Assembly: GCA_041690395.1 (NCBI GenBank)
Contig: JAWLHJ010000002.1
Location: forward strand, 628,751-692,750
From: Longimicrobiales bacterium
GTDB lineage: Bacteria; Gemmatimonadota; Gemmatimonadetes; Longimicrobiales; Gaopeijiaceae
Direction: 5' to 3'
DNA length: 64,000 nucleotides
The notes under the pieces were generated by a model. That model saw nothing but the letters and a program-made list of their open reading frames with translations. It made no database searches and was not told where the DNA came from. Of the stretch, positions 48,469 to 57,364 are shown piece by piece. Both the position numbers and the translations under genes were made by a program. Position 1 is the first letter of the stretch. The number at the start of each line of letters is the position of its first letter.

Positions 48469-49806
48469 TCAGCGCGCCGTCTGCTCTTCCAGGTAGGTCG
48501 CGAACTCGGGCTTGGTCTCGAGGAGGATCGCCCGAACCGCGTCGCGGTCCTCCGGACTCAGATGGTCGAACTCGCCGGTGGCGTCCCGCCCATCCAGGAT
48601 CTCCGTGACGCGCCGGTAGAACGGCTCCTTCACCAGCCGCGGGAGCCGCTCGAACGCCTCGGAGTAGACGAGGAAGCTCATCGGGTAGGCCAAGAGCCGC
48701 CGCTCCAGATCGAATGCACGGAGCGAGCGTCCCTCGGCATCGAACGGTCCTCGCGCCTCGAACTCCTCGGTGAAGCCCGAGGTGCCGCGCACCGTGCCGG
48801 GGAGCGGCGCCTCCCGTGAGAACATCATGGCCCGCACGAGCCGCTCCACCGCCCCGTCGATCCGGACCTGGGCCACCGACTGGATCTCGGGCGTCGGAAT
48901 CCCGCCGGCCTCGATTCGGAGCAGCATGGCCTGTCCACCGACCGCCTCCTTGGCGGCCTCGTGGGCCACGACGATCAGGTTGTGCACCTTGGTCTGATGG
49001 GTCAGCACCATGAGGCTTACGATGTCGCTGTGACCCGTCAGGTACGGCTCGACGTCGAACCGGCCCTCCAGGTCGACGACGTTCCCGTCGGCGTTCACGT
49101 CGAATTCCGACAGGTAGCGGCGAACGTCCGAGACTTCATGGCTGAGCACCGGCGCGTACGTGTTGCCGGCGTGCGAGCCCCCTTCGTGCGTGCCGGTGAC
49201 GTACCACCCCGCGAACCGCCGGTCGAAGTCCGTGCGGTCGCTCGTGGAGCCCTCGTGCAGCGGGGCGATGGGATAGCCGAAGCGGTCCACGACCACCGAG
49301 CGAACCATGACCCCCGGAATTCCCTCGGTGACGGAACGGGACTCGTGACACATGAGGCAGGTCGTGCCTTCCTCCATGAAGCGGAGTTCCCCCTCGGGAT
49401 TCTGCTCGAGCGTGTAGAACACGCCCCCGTCGTCCGGATCGATGGACGCGATCTCCAGGATCGGGCTGTCCTGCACCCATCCCACATAGACGTCGTCGTT
49501 GTAATAGACGGCGCGCGGCGTCCAGGGCGTGATCAGATTCGTCTGGAGGCTCGTGCGGGAGAAGATGAGCCCCTGTGACGAGACCGGGATATCGAGCGCC
49601 TCGAGCAAGCTGATCAGATAGCCGTGCTGCTCCTCGTACTCCAGGACGGTCTGACCTGCGTCGATTTGACGCTGAAGGGCCGCGATCGGGTCCAGGGGCG
49701 ACCCGGCATCATCCAGGACCGGAGCGCTCTGCGCGAGCGCCACACCCGTCGAGAGCGCCAGCGCGGCGAGGGCGATTCCGGCCGCGCGCAACGAAATCTT
49801 CATCAT
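48469..49806 (-). CDS. Exported protein with a single c-type haem motif
   Basis: Signal peptide and CLMCH; ATGA overlap with the globin stop. Confidence 0.8.
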   Translation of the reverse strand: MMKISLRAAGIALAALALSTGVALAQSAPVLDDAGSPLDPIAALQRQIDAGQTVLEYEEQHGYLISLLEALDIPVSSQGLIFSRTSLQTNLITPWTPRAVYYNDDVYVGWVQDSPILEIASIDPDDGGVFYTLEQNPEGELRFMEEGTTCLMCHESRSVTEGIPGVMVRSVVVDRFGYPIAPLHEGSTSDRTDFDRRFAGWYVTGTHEGGSHAGNTYAPVLSHEVSDVRRYLSEFDVNADGNVVDLEGRFDVEPYLTGHSDIVSLMVLTHQTKVHNLIVVAHEAAKEAVGGQAMLLRIEAGGIPTPEIQSVAQVRIDGAVERLVRAMMFSREAPLPGTVRGTSGFTEEFEARGPFDAEGRSLRAFDLERRLLAYPMSFLVYSEAFERLPRLVKEPFYRRVTEILDGRDATGEFDHLSPEDRDAVRAILLETKPEFATYLEEQTAR

Positions 49807-50213
49807 CGTGTCGTCCTGTTCGTGGAAATCACGGTTGGGTCGTGAACGTTGTTGGAAGTCGGATCGAGCACCACGCGCATCCTACGGGCGCGGCCCAGGA
49901 TGTCCTGCCCGACGTGCTCCGGGAAGAGGTGCATGACCTCCTCCTCGAACAGCTCGAGCCACCGGTCGAAGTGGCCCGCGGTGAGTCCGGGAATGGCGTC
50001 GTGCCTGGCACGTGGGTTCCCGCGGAAACGGCCGCTCGCGAGCAGCACGCTCGACCAGAAATCGACCATGCGGTCGAGGTGCTCGGGCCAGTCGGCGGAC
50101 ATGTGACGCGCGAAGACGGGCCCCAGCAGGTCGTCCTCCTGAACGCGGGCGTAGAACCGTTCGACCATCTCGCGAATGGCCGTCTCGTCGACGTAGTCGC
50201 GAACGTCACGCAT
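49803..50213 (-). CDS. Group III truncated haemoglobin
   Basis: VERFYARV..D.LLGPVF, WPEHL..MVDFWSSVL, HFDRWLELF. Confidence 0.93.
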   Translation of the reverse strand: MRDVRDYVDETAIREMVERFYARVQEDDLLGPVFARHMSADWPEHLDRMVDFWSSVLLASGRFRGNPRARHDAIPGLTAGHFDRWLELFEEEVMHLFPEHVGQDILGRARRMRVVLDPTSNNVHDPTVISTNRTTR

Positions 50214-50649
50214 GAGCCGACTCCCGGGGTGCGATCTGCACCAAGCCCTGATAGGTGCCCGTCACCAGGTCCGCGAGGGTGTACTTGTCCAACGACGTGA
50301 AGAACGCCTCGCGCGCTTCGTAGAGGGCGGACGACAGCTCGCACGCGTCGGTCAGCGGGCACGTCGACTCCTCGGCGAAGCACTCCGCGATGGCGAGGTT
50401 GGGCTCGAGCCGCCGGACGAGGTCGCCCAGAAGCACACTCCGCGGATCCGTGTCCATCTCGAAGCCGCCGTAGCGACCGGGCGTGGACGAAAGAGCTCCG
50501 AGCGCCACCAGCCCCTGCATGCTCTTGGTCACGTGGTCTCGCGACACCCCGAAGGCCTCGGCCACCTCGCGCGCCGAAACGTTACGCCCGTGCGCCGCGA
50601 TGTACATGAGGGCCCGCAGACCGATGTCCGTGTACCTCGAGAGTCTCAC
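50206..50649 (-). CDS. nsrR: Rrf2-family regulator, NsrR-like
   Basis: MRLSRYTDIGLRALMY, GRYGGF, three Cys in ECF..TCPLTDAC, FFTSLDKYTLADL. Confidence 0.85.
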   Translation of the reverse strand: MRLSRYTDIGLRALMYIAAHGRNVSAREVAEAFGVSRDHVTKSMQGLVALGALSSTPGRYGGFEMDTDPRSVLLGDLVRRLEPNLAIAECFAEESTCPLTDACELSSALYEAREAFFTSLDKYTLADLVTGTYQGLVQIAPRESAHA

Positions 50650-50678
50650 TGAGGCCGTCCTATTGGGTGGTCGTCAAC

Positions 50679-50697
50679 GTGGTATTTAACATACCAC
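50679..50697. promoter_or_regulatory. Rrf2/NsrR-type operator GTGGTAT-TTAAC-ATACCAC
   Basis: Perfect 7-5-7 palindrome about 30 nt upstream of the Rrf2 start. Confidence 0.75.
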
Positions 50698-50762
50698 AAT
50701 AAAGACACAGGTGGACGCTCGAGTGTTGAATCTGCCCGGGTCGGGGCGGGTCCGACGGGCAC

Positions 50763-50801
50763 AAAAAAACGGGCCGCCCCGGACGAATCCGGGACGGCCC
50801 G
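50763..50801 (-). terminator. Rho-independent terminator of the cold-shock gene
   Basis: Long GC stem with TTCG loop on the minus strand followed by T7. Confidence 0.88.
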
Positions 50802-50825
50802 CAGAGGTACCGTGGTACCTTGACC

Positions 50826-51038
50826 TTACGAGATCTGAACCACGTTCTCGGCGGCCGGACCCTTCTGGCCCTCCACGATGTCGAACTCGACCGTGGCGCC
50901 TTCCGTCAGGCTCTTGAAGCCCTCGGCCTGAATCGCGCTGTGGTGGACGAAGCAGTCCTTGCTTCCGTCCTCCGGGCTGATGAAGCCGAAGCCCTTCTGG
51001 TCATTGAACCACTTCACAGTTCCTCTGGTACGCATCAT
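50826..51038 (-). CDS. csp: Cold-shock protein
   Basis: [36 protein letters not shown]. Confidence 0.96.
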   Translation of the reverse strand: MMRTRGTVKWFNDQKGFGFISPEDGSKDCFVHHSAIQAEGFKSLTEGATVEFDIVEGQKGPAAENVVQIS

Positions 51039-51243
51039 CGCGCTCCCTTGGAAATCGATGGTCGGAGTTTCGGATGATCCGTACTTCCCGACACCATATT
51101 TGCGCGGTCACCCCGCGCGGGGCGTGGCCACCTCGGCCACATGCTCTAGGCGATCAAGACTCCCGAGGAGCCACCGCCTTCACTTCGTATTTTACCGGAC
51201 CTGGTCCGGTTGGGGACAAGGCTCGCTCCTGAAGGCCCGGAAG

Positions 51244-51831
51244 TCAAGAACGGCGGGACATGCGACCGTCACCGCCCGGTCGCGGAACCGGGTCGGCCTC
51301 ACCCCGGGTGAAGGCGCGACCGAGCACAGCGAACACCACCAGGACGACACCGGTCGCCCACCCCGAGAGGACCGGCCGCTCGGGGTCCGCCGTCATGGCC
51401 ATCCAGAAGCCGCCGCCGACCAGTATGCCCGAAAGCGCAACGAACATGCGCATTCCGTAGAGAAAGGCGAACGGCAGATAGTGCGCCCCGAGCAGGATGG
51501 TGACGGTGGGATACAGCCACTCGGGGCGGCCGACCGCGGCGCCGAGGGCCACAGGGAGGCCCAGCGGAAGGGCCAGCGCCACCTGTGTACCGAGGGCGTT
51601 CATGGGGTGCCCGCGCGGGAGCCCGGAGCGGCGTCCGGACAGGCGGAGCGCCGCCAGCGTCAGGGGAAAGATGAGGGTTCCCCCGACGAGCAGCACGAGA
51701 ATCCCGCCCCGGGGCGAGTGCCACGTCCACGTCGCGGACGAAGCGAGCCAGACCGCGGCCGAGACGAGCTGGCCGAAGTAACCGCCGACGAAGGTCGTGC
51801 GCACGTCCCGCTGCGCGTCGCTGATCTTCAT
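51244..51831 (-). CDS. Multi-pass membrane protein (DUF7010-like)
   Basis: About six hydrophobic segments, GAHYLPFAFLYG motif. Confidence 0.75.
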   Translation of the reverse strand: MKISDAQRDVRTTFVGGYFGQLVSAAVWLASSATWTWHSPRGGILVLLVGGTLIFPLTLAALRLSGRRSGLPRGHPMNALGTQVALALPLGLPVALGAAVGRPEWLYPTVTILLGAHYLPFAFLYGMRMFVALSGILVGGGFWMAMTADPERPVLSGWATGVVLVVFAVLGRAFTRGEADPVPRPGGDGRMSRRS

Positions 51832-51910
51832 GACGGCTCATGCGGGAATCGGCGGGCCGGTGCGACACCGGCTCGAGTCCGCTACCGCCGTCCGAGCAGT
51901 GCGTTCGCCC

Positions 51911-52261
51911 TCAGAGCAGCGCCTCCTCGAGCAGGTCGGCGTTGTACCCCACGATCAAACGCCGACCCACGCGGCTCGTCGGAGCGCGCAGCTTCCCCGA
52001 GCGCCCGAGCATATGTCCGAGCAGCTCGTCGTCGGAGGGACGGGCATCGGTCAGGTCGTACCGGACGATCTTGCGGCCCTTGGCGATCCACAGCTCGTCG
52101 ATGCCGTCGAGCAGGGCCAGGGCGTCGTCCCCTTCGATGGGATCGGCGTTCGCGCTCTGGAGCGGTCCGTCCTCGATCCCGTGCGTCGCGAGAAACTCCC
52201 GCGTCTTGTTGCAGCTCTGTCAGCCAGGGCGGTGATACCGCCAGTCCAGTGCGTCGGTCAT
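51911..52261 (-). CDS. ArsC/Spx-like thioredoxin-fold selenoprotein (UGA at codon 14, UxxC)
   Basis: Manual translation MTDALDWRYHRPG-U-QSCNKTREFL..MLGRSGKLRAPTSRVGRRLIVGYN; GAGGA RBS; hairpin after the UGA. Confidence 0.85.
52187..52203 (-). promoter_or_regulatory. Candidate bacterial SECIS element
   Basis: CGCGGGA-GUU-UCUCGCG stem-loop starting 17 nt after the UGA, G first in the apical loop. Confidence 0.65.
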
Positions 52262-52399
52262 GTCGTGTCCTCGTGTGGAAGGGTGTCGGTGATCTTCGCG
52301 CGAGGCTCACACGGCGATCAACCCCCGTCGGATTCGCGAGAAGCGCTCCGAGCGCTTATCGATGGCTGCACGACATCGACCGAACCTGGAGCGACACGC

Positions 52400-53500
52400 A
52401 TGCGTCATCCCCGAACCTCGTCCCCACGACACCTCCGCGGCGTCACCCTCGCGCTGCTCGCGCTGCTGACGGCGAGCGCCCTGCCTTCTCCGTCCGCGGG
52501 CCAGGCCGCGCCTCCCGGCGACGACTTGCCGCGCGTGATCGTCCTGGCCACCGGCGGGACCATTGCCAGCCGGTTCGATCCGGAGGCCGGAGCGCTGAGA
52601 GCCGCGCTCACGGGTGATGAGATCGTACAGGCCGTGCCCGAGCTGGCGGAGCTCGCGCGCATGAGCGTCGAGCAGATCGCCAACGTCAACAGCTGGGACA
52701 TGACGCCGGAGATCTGGCGACAGCTCGAGAATCGAGCCAACGCGCTGTTGGCCGAGCCGGACGTCGCCGGCGTCATCGTGACCCATGGCACGGACACGCT
52801 CGAGGAGACGGCCTACTTCCTCGACCTCACGGTCACGAGCGACAAGCCCGTCATTCTGGTCGGGGCGCAGCGCTCGGCGATGGAGTCCGACAGCGACGGC
52901 CCGCGCAACATGCTGAACGCCGTCCGGGTCGCGGTGTCGCCCGAGGCCGTCGGCATGGGCACCCTGGTGATCATGAACGGCCAGATCAACGCGGCCCGTG
53001 AAGTCACGAAGACGAACACCCTCGACGTCGAGACCTTCCAGACGCTCTCCTTCGGGCTCCTCGGCGTCGCCGACGTGGAGGAGGTGCGGTTCTACCGGAG
53101 TCCGATGCGCCGCCAGACCATCCCGCTCCGTGTGGACGACAGGCTACCGACGGTCGAGGTCGTGACGGAGTACGCCGGCTCGGACGGCCGTGTCATCCGG
53201 GCGCTCCTCGAGCAGGGGACCATGGAGGGGCTGGTGGTGGCGGGCGTCGGCCTGGGGCACGTCAGCAGCGGGTCGGTGGAGGCGATCCGCGAGGTCCGGG
53301 CCCGCGGCATCCCGGTCGTGACCAGCACCCGGGTGCTCACGGGGCGAGTCGTGCCGCTCTACTCGAACAACATCGAGCTCCTGGATGCCGGCGTGGTGCT
53401 CTCGGACAACCTGAGCCCGCAGAAGGCGCGGGTGCTCCTCATGCTGGCGATGACGCGCACGACGGACACGGAGGCGCTGCAGGCATACTTCGATCGGTGA
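52400..53500 (+). CDS. Exported (type II-like) asparaginase
   Basis: Signal peptide, ATGGTIA, THGTDTLEET, SDGPRN, LSPQKARVLL. Confidence 0.92.
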   Translation: MRHPRTSSPRHLRGVTLALLALLTASALPSPSAGQAAPPGDDLPRVIVLATGGTIASRFDPEAGALRAALTGDEIVQAVPELAELARMSVEQIANVNSWDMTPEIWRQLENRANALLAEPDVAGVIVTHGTDTLEETAYFLDLTVTSDKPVILVGAQRSAMESDSDGPRNMLNAVRVAVSPEAVGMGTLVIMNGQINAAREVTKTNTLDVETFQTLSFGLLGVADVEEVRFYRSPMRRQTIPLRVDDRLPTVEVVTEYAGSDGRVIRALLEQGTMEGLVVAGVGLGHVSSGSVEAIREVRARGIPVVTSTRVLTGRVVPLYSNNIELLDAGVVLSDNLSPQKARVLLMLAMTRTTDTEALQAYFDR

Positions 53501-53543
53501 GCCGCACGTTCGGACCGCCGCCCTCCGCGTCCCCCGACTCCGC

Positions 53544-54095
53544 CTACTTGCGGATGCCGAACACGCGGGGTCGGCGGGACGAAGCGGACCGCACGACCGC
53601 GCCCGACGTCTGCCGGACGTCGTCGACGATGCAGAAGCAGGTCGGGTCCGCTTCGATGGCCGCGTCCATCACCTGCTGGATGCGCCGTCTCGACACTTCC
53701 AGGAAGATCAGGCTGATGGGCCCCTCCTTCCCCACCCCCTCGAATTGGGTGACGACGAAGCCCAGATCGCGGAGGTGGGCGGTGACGCGGTCGCCGCTGC
53801 GCGAGAAGATCCGGATCACCTGCTGGGCGCTGCTGAAGCGCGCCTCGAGCCCGATCCCGATGTAGGTGCCGAGCGCGAATCCGAAGGCGTAGCTCACCAT
53901 GTAGATCGGGTGCTCGAGGTTCTGGATGACTCCGGACACGACCGCGATCCAGATGAGGACTTCGAAGAAGCCCAGGAGGGCCGCGCGGCCGCGGAGCCCC
54001 CGCACCAGGTAGATGGTGCGGACGGTGGCGAGCGAGACGTCGATGATGCGCGCGAGAACGATGCCGAGGGAGGTGAGCAGCACGGCGAGCGTCAT
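53544..54095 (-). CDS. UPF0316/DUF2179-type membrane protein
   Basis: ARIIDVSLATVRT, GFFEVLIW, YAFGFALGTYIG. Confidence 0.88.
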   Translation of the reverse strand: MTLAVLLTSLGIVLARIIDVSLATVRTIYLVRGLRGRAALLGFFEVLIWIAVVSGVIQNLEHPIYMVSYAFGFALGTYIGIGLEARFSSAQQVIRIFSRSGDRVTAHLRDLGFVVTQFEGVGKEGPISLIFLEVSRRRIQQVMDAAIEADPTCFCIVDDVRQTSGAVVRSASSRRPRVFGIRK

Positions 54096-54673
54096 GGTGT
54101 CTCCGGCCAGGGGAACGGTTCGAGCCCTTCGTCGAGGAGGAGTGCTCCGGAGCGCTGCAGCGCGAACACGCGTCCGTCGAGGTATTCCTTCCACAGGGAG
54201 ATGCGGCCGTCACGCACCTCCCCGATGATCGCGTCGCCGACGGCGGTTCGCTCCCCGGTCGCGCGGTCGGTCGTGGCGAACTGCCACTCTACCGCGAAGG
54301 TCTCGCCGTCGACGATGATCCGGTGCACGTAGACGCGGGTGTCCACGTTCCGCTCGTGGAGGGCCGCGAGCTCCGCCACCCAGGTGTCCCGGTCGACGCG
54401 CCGTCGCGGGTACGCCAGGAGCGCGTCCTCGTGCAGGATACTCCGGACGAGGGCGGTGTCTCCCGTCATCCAGGCGCGCGCGTGGTCGCGCACGAGCTGC
54501 TCGACGAAGCGCGTGGACGGCGCCGCCGTCCCGGACGCTTCTGCGCCGGCCTCGGAGCCGGGGCCGCCGGCCGACTCGGGCCCGCCGCACCCAACCGTGA
54601 CGAGCAGGAGCCCGACGCCCCATGACCCGCACCAGCGGCGAACGAACGTGCGATGCGCAGCCGAATCGGACAT
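54092..54673 (-). CDS. NTF2/SnoaL-like lipoprotein
   Basis: TVGC lipobox, FAVEWQF, VRDGRISLWKEYLD; TGATG coupling with map. Confidence 0.8.
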   Translation of the reverse strand: MSDSAAHRTFVRRWCGSWGVGLLLVTVGCGGPESAGGPGSEAGAEASGTAAPSTRFVEQLVRDHARAWMTGDTALVRSILHEDALLAYPRRRVDRDTWVAELAALHERNVDTRVYVHRIIVDGETFAVEWQFATTDRATGERTAVGDAIIGEVRDGRISLWKEYLDGRVFALQRSGALLLDEGLEPFPWPETP

Positions 54674-55461
54674 CAAGCTTGGGCTGGCGTCGTCCGGGCA
54701 CGAAGCAGATAGGGCCGCGCGGCGGTGACCACCAGCGGGCCGTCACCCGTCACGACGACGGTGTGTTCGAACTGAACGGCGAGGCCGCCGTCCTCCGTCT
54801 CCAGCGTCCAGCCGTCGCGCCGGACCCGGACGTGCCTGGCGCCCGTCGAGACGAACGGCTCGACGGCCAGAACCGTGCCCTCGTCGAGGCGGCGGCGGTC
54901 GCCGGGATCGAAGAAGCCGGGCACCTCGGTCGGCGCCTCGTGGAGCGCGCGGCCCACCCCGTGACCGCAGAGGTCCCGCACGATCTCGTAGCCGGCGTCG
55001 CGGGCCGTCCGCTCGGCGGCCCACCCCAGACGATTGAGGCGGGCGCCGGACCGGACCTCCGCGAGCGAGGCCTGGAGGGCGAGCCGTCCGGTGTCGCACA
55101 GCCTCTCCGTCGCCGAGCCGCCGGGAGCGACCGGACGCGAAGCTCCCGTGTCGGCGAAGTAGCCGTCGAGCTCGACGCTCACGTCGATGTTCACGAGGTC
55201 TCCGGCTGCGAGTGGCTCGCGGCCCGGAACGCCGTGCGCGATAGCGTCGTTGACGCTGATGCACGTCTCCGCCGGAAAGCCGACGGAGAGCATCGGGGCC
55301 GAGCGGGCCCCGAGGGCGCGGATCTCGGCCGCCCCGATCCGGTTCAGGTCGACGGGGGACACGCCGATCTCGACGGCTCCCAGCATCAGGTCGAGGACGT
55401 GCGCGGCGACGGCGCCCGCCGCCGCGAGGCCGTCCAGTTCCGTAGCTGATCCTATCGACAT
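54673..55461 (-). CDS. map: Type I methionine aminopeptidase
   Basis: CISVND..AHGVP, DVS..DGYFAD, GHGVG..LHE, AVEPF, QFEHT. Confidence 0.93.
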   Translation of the reverse strand: MSIGSATELDGLAAAGAVAAHVLDLMLGAVEIGVSPVDLNRIGAAEIRALGARSAPMLSVGFPAETCISVNDAIAHGVPGREPLAAGDLVNIDVSVELDGYFADTGASRPVAPGGSATERLCDTGRLALQASLAEVRSGARLNRLGWAAERTARDAGYEIVRDLCGHGVGRALHEAPTEVPGFFDPGDRRRLDEGTVLAVEPFVSTGARHVRVRRDGWTLETEDGGLAVQFEHTVVVTGDGPLVVTAARPYLLRARTTPAQA

Positions 55462-55624
55462 TTCCGCCTTCTCCCGTCCGGTCGATGCGGGGCGCCGCCG
55501 ACTCGGAGTCGGTGCCGCCCCGGGGTCCATGTAGTCGCGCGGACCCACCCTCGCGGGAGGAGCCGGCACGTCAAGGTAACGATGTCGTGGCGGGGCGCGG
55601 CCGGCGCCTGTCCACGGCCGTGCG

Positions 55625-55963
55625 TCAGAGCAGCTTGGCGCCGAGCGGCACCTCGCGGTCGGGCACGCACAGCACCACCCTTCCCTCGGCGTCGTGGAAG
55701 CCCGTCACCAGGCACTCGGACATCATCGGACCGATCTGCTTCGGCGGGAAGTTGACCACGCCCACGACCAACCGGCCCTCGAGCTCTTCGGGCTCGTACA
55801 GGTCGGTGATCTGCGCGCTCGACCGGAGCTCCCCGATCTCGGGGCCGAAGTCGACGCGCAGCTTGTACGCAGGGCGCCGTGCCTCGGGGAAACGCTCGGC
55901 GCCGACAACGCGACCGACCCTGAGCTCGACCCGTTCGAAATCGTCCCAGCCGATCCGTTCCAT
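55625..55963 (-). CDS. csaA: CsaA-type tRNA-binding/chaperone protein
   Basis: LRVG, FPEARRPAYKL, SSAQIT, VVNFPPKQIG..MSECLVTG. Confidence 0.92.
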   Translation of the reverse strand: MERIGWDDFERVELRVGRVVGAERFPEARRPAYKLRVDFGPEIGELRSSAQITDLYEPEELEGRLVVGVVNFPPKQIGPMMSECLVTGFHDAEGRVVLCVPDREVPLGAKLL

Positions 55964-57318
55964 CAGACGCCTCGGAGTTGGACCGCGGCCGCCACCCGCT
56001 CGATCGCGACCACGAAGGCCGCCGTGCGCAGGGAGATGCGGCGCTCGGCCGCCGTGCGCGACACGTGGTCGTACGCGGCACCCATGATGCGGGTGAGCTC
56101 GGTATCTACGCGCTCCGCCGTCCAGCGGAACTGCTGCAGGTTCTGGACCCACTCGAAGTAGCTGACCGTGACGCCCCCGGCGTTCGCGAGGATGTCCGGC
56201 ACGACCGTGACGCCACGGTCCCGCAGCACCTCGTCGGCAACTGGCGTGGTCGGCGCGTTGGCGCCCTCGACGACGAGTCGGGCCCGGACGTCGGCCGCGT
56301 TGCCACCGTGGATCACCTCGCCGAGCGCCGCGGGCACGAGCACGTCGACGTCCGACGTGATGAGCGTCTCGTTGTCGATGCGCTCGGCGCCCTCGTACTC
56401 CACCACGCTGCCCCCTGCCTCGACGATGGTCTTCAGCCGCGCCACGTCGAGGCCGTCGCCCATGAACACCCCGCCGTTCACGTCACTCACGGCGACCACC
56501 TTCGCGCCCATCTCCTGCAGGAAATGCGCACTCCAGCTCCCCACGTTGCCGAAGCCCTGAACCGCGATGGTCGCCCCCCCGAGCTCGAGCCCGAGGTCGG
56601 CCGCGGCCCTTCCCGTGATGGCCGCCACGCCCCGTCCGGTCGCGGAGTGGCGTCCGGGCGACCCCCCCACCTCGAGCGGCTTTCCGGTCACCACCGCGGG
56701 CGAGTACCCGTTGAACTTCGAGTACTCGTCGACGATCCATGCCATCACCTGCGGATTCGTGTTGACGTCCGGCGCCGGGATGTCCTCGTTGGGCCCGATG
56801 AGATGATGGATCCGCTCGATGAACGTGCGGGTCACCCGCTCCACCTGATCCTTGCGGAGCTGGTGTGGATCCAGGTCGATCCCGCCTTTCGCACCGCCGT
56901 ACGGGATGTCGACGACGGCGGTCTTCCACGTCATCAGCGACGCCAGCGCGCGGGCCTCGTCGAGGTCGACGTCGGGGTGATACCGAAGCCCGCCCTTCAT
57001 CGGGCCGCGGGCGTTGTTGTGCTGCACGCGGAAGCCGTGGAAGGTGCGGATCCGGCCGTCTTCCTCGAGTAGCGGGATCTCCACCCGGACCTCCCGGTAC
57101 GGCGTCTTCAGCGCGACCTGCAGATATTCCGGCAGGTCGAGCACCCGCGCCGCCTTGTCGAACTGGAAGTTGACGGCCTCGAACGGCGTGAGATCCACCG
57201 GCGGGGCGACCTCCTCGCGGGGGGCGGCGCGCTCGGCCGTGCGGAGTGCGGCACGCTCGACGGCGCGCACCGTGGTCGCGGGGGCAGAGGTCCTGTCGTC
57301 GGTCGGGCTGTCGCTCAT
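55963..57318 (-). CDS. gdhA: Glu/Leu/Phe/Val dehydrogenase (glutamate dehydrogenase type)
   Basis: RGPMKGGLRY, GGAKGG, DIPAPD, GFGNVG, NAGGVTVSYFEWVQN. Confidence 0.92.
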   Translation of the reverse strand: MSDSPTDDRTSAPATTVRAVERAALRTAERAAPREEVAPPVDLTPFEAVNFQFDKAARVLDLPEYLQVALKTPYREVRVEIPLLEEDGRIRTFHGFRVQHNNARGPMKGGLRYHPDVDLDEARALASLMTWKTAVVDIPYGGAKGGIDLDPHQLRKDQVERVTRTFIERIHHLIGPNEDIPAPDVNTNPQVMAWIVDEYSKFNGYSPAVVTGKPLEVGGSPGRHSATGRGVAAITGRAAADLGLELGGATIAVQGFGNVGSWSAHFLQEMGAKVVAVSDVNGGVFMGDGLDVARLKTIVEAGGSVVEYEGAERIDNETLITSDVDVLVPAALGEVIHGGNAADVRARLVVEGANAPTTPVADEVLRDRGVTVVPDILANAGGVTVSYFEWVQNLQQFRWTAERVDTELTRIMGAAYDHVSRTAAERRISLRTAAFVVAIERVAAAVQLRGV

Positions 57319-57364
57319 GGGGTGCTCCTTTGAGGGGCGCGTTTCCGGCAGGTCCTGGCGGGGC

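Noticed and set aside
52220..52222. Nonsense mutation (pseudogene) reading of the in-frame TGA
   Set aside because: The position matches the redox Cys, the rest of the frame is intact and a SECIS-like hairpin follows; less likely than Sec but not excluded
51797..52399. 200-aa N-terminal extension of the asparaginase ORF, and ORF 51882..52310
   Set aside because: Antisense and off-frame shadows of the selenoprotein; the asparaginase signal peptide starts at 52400
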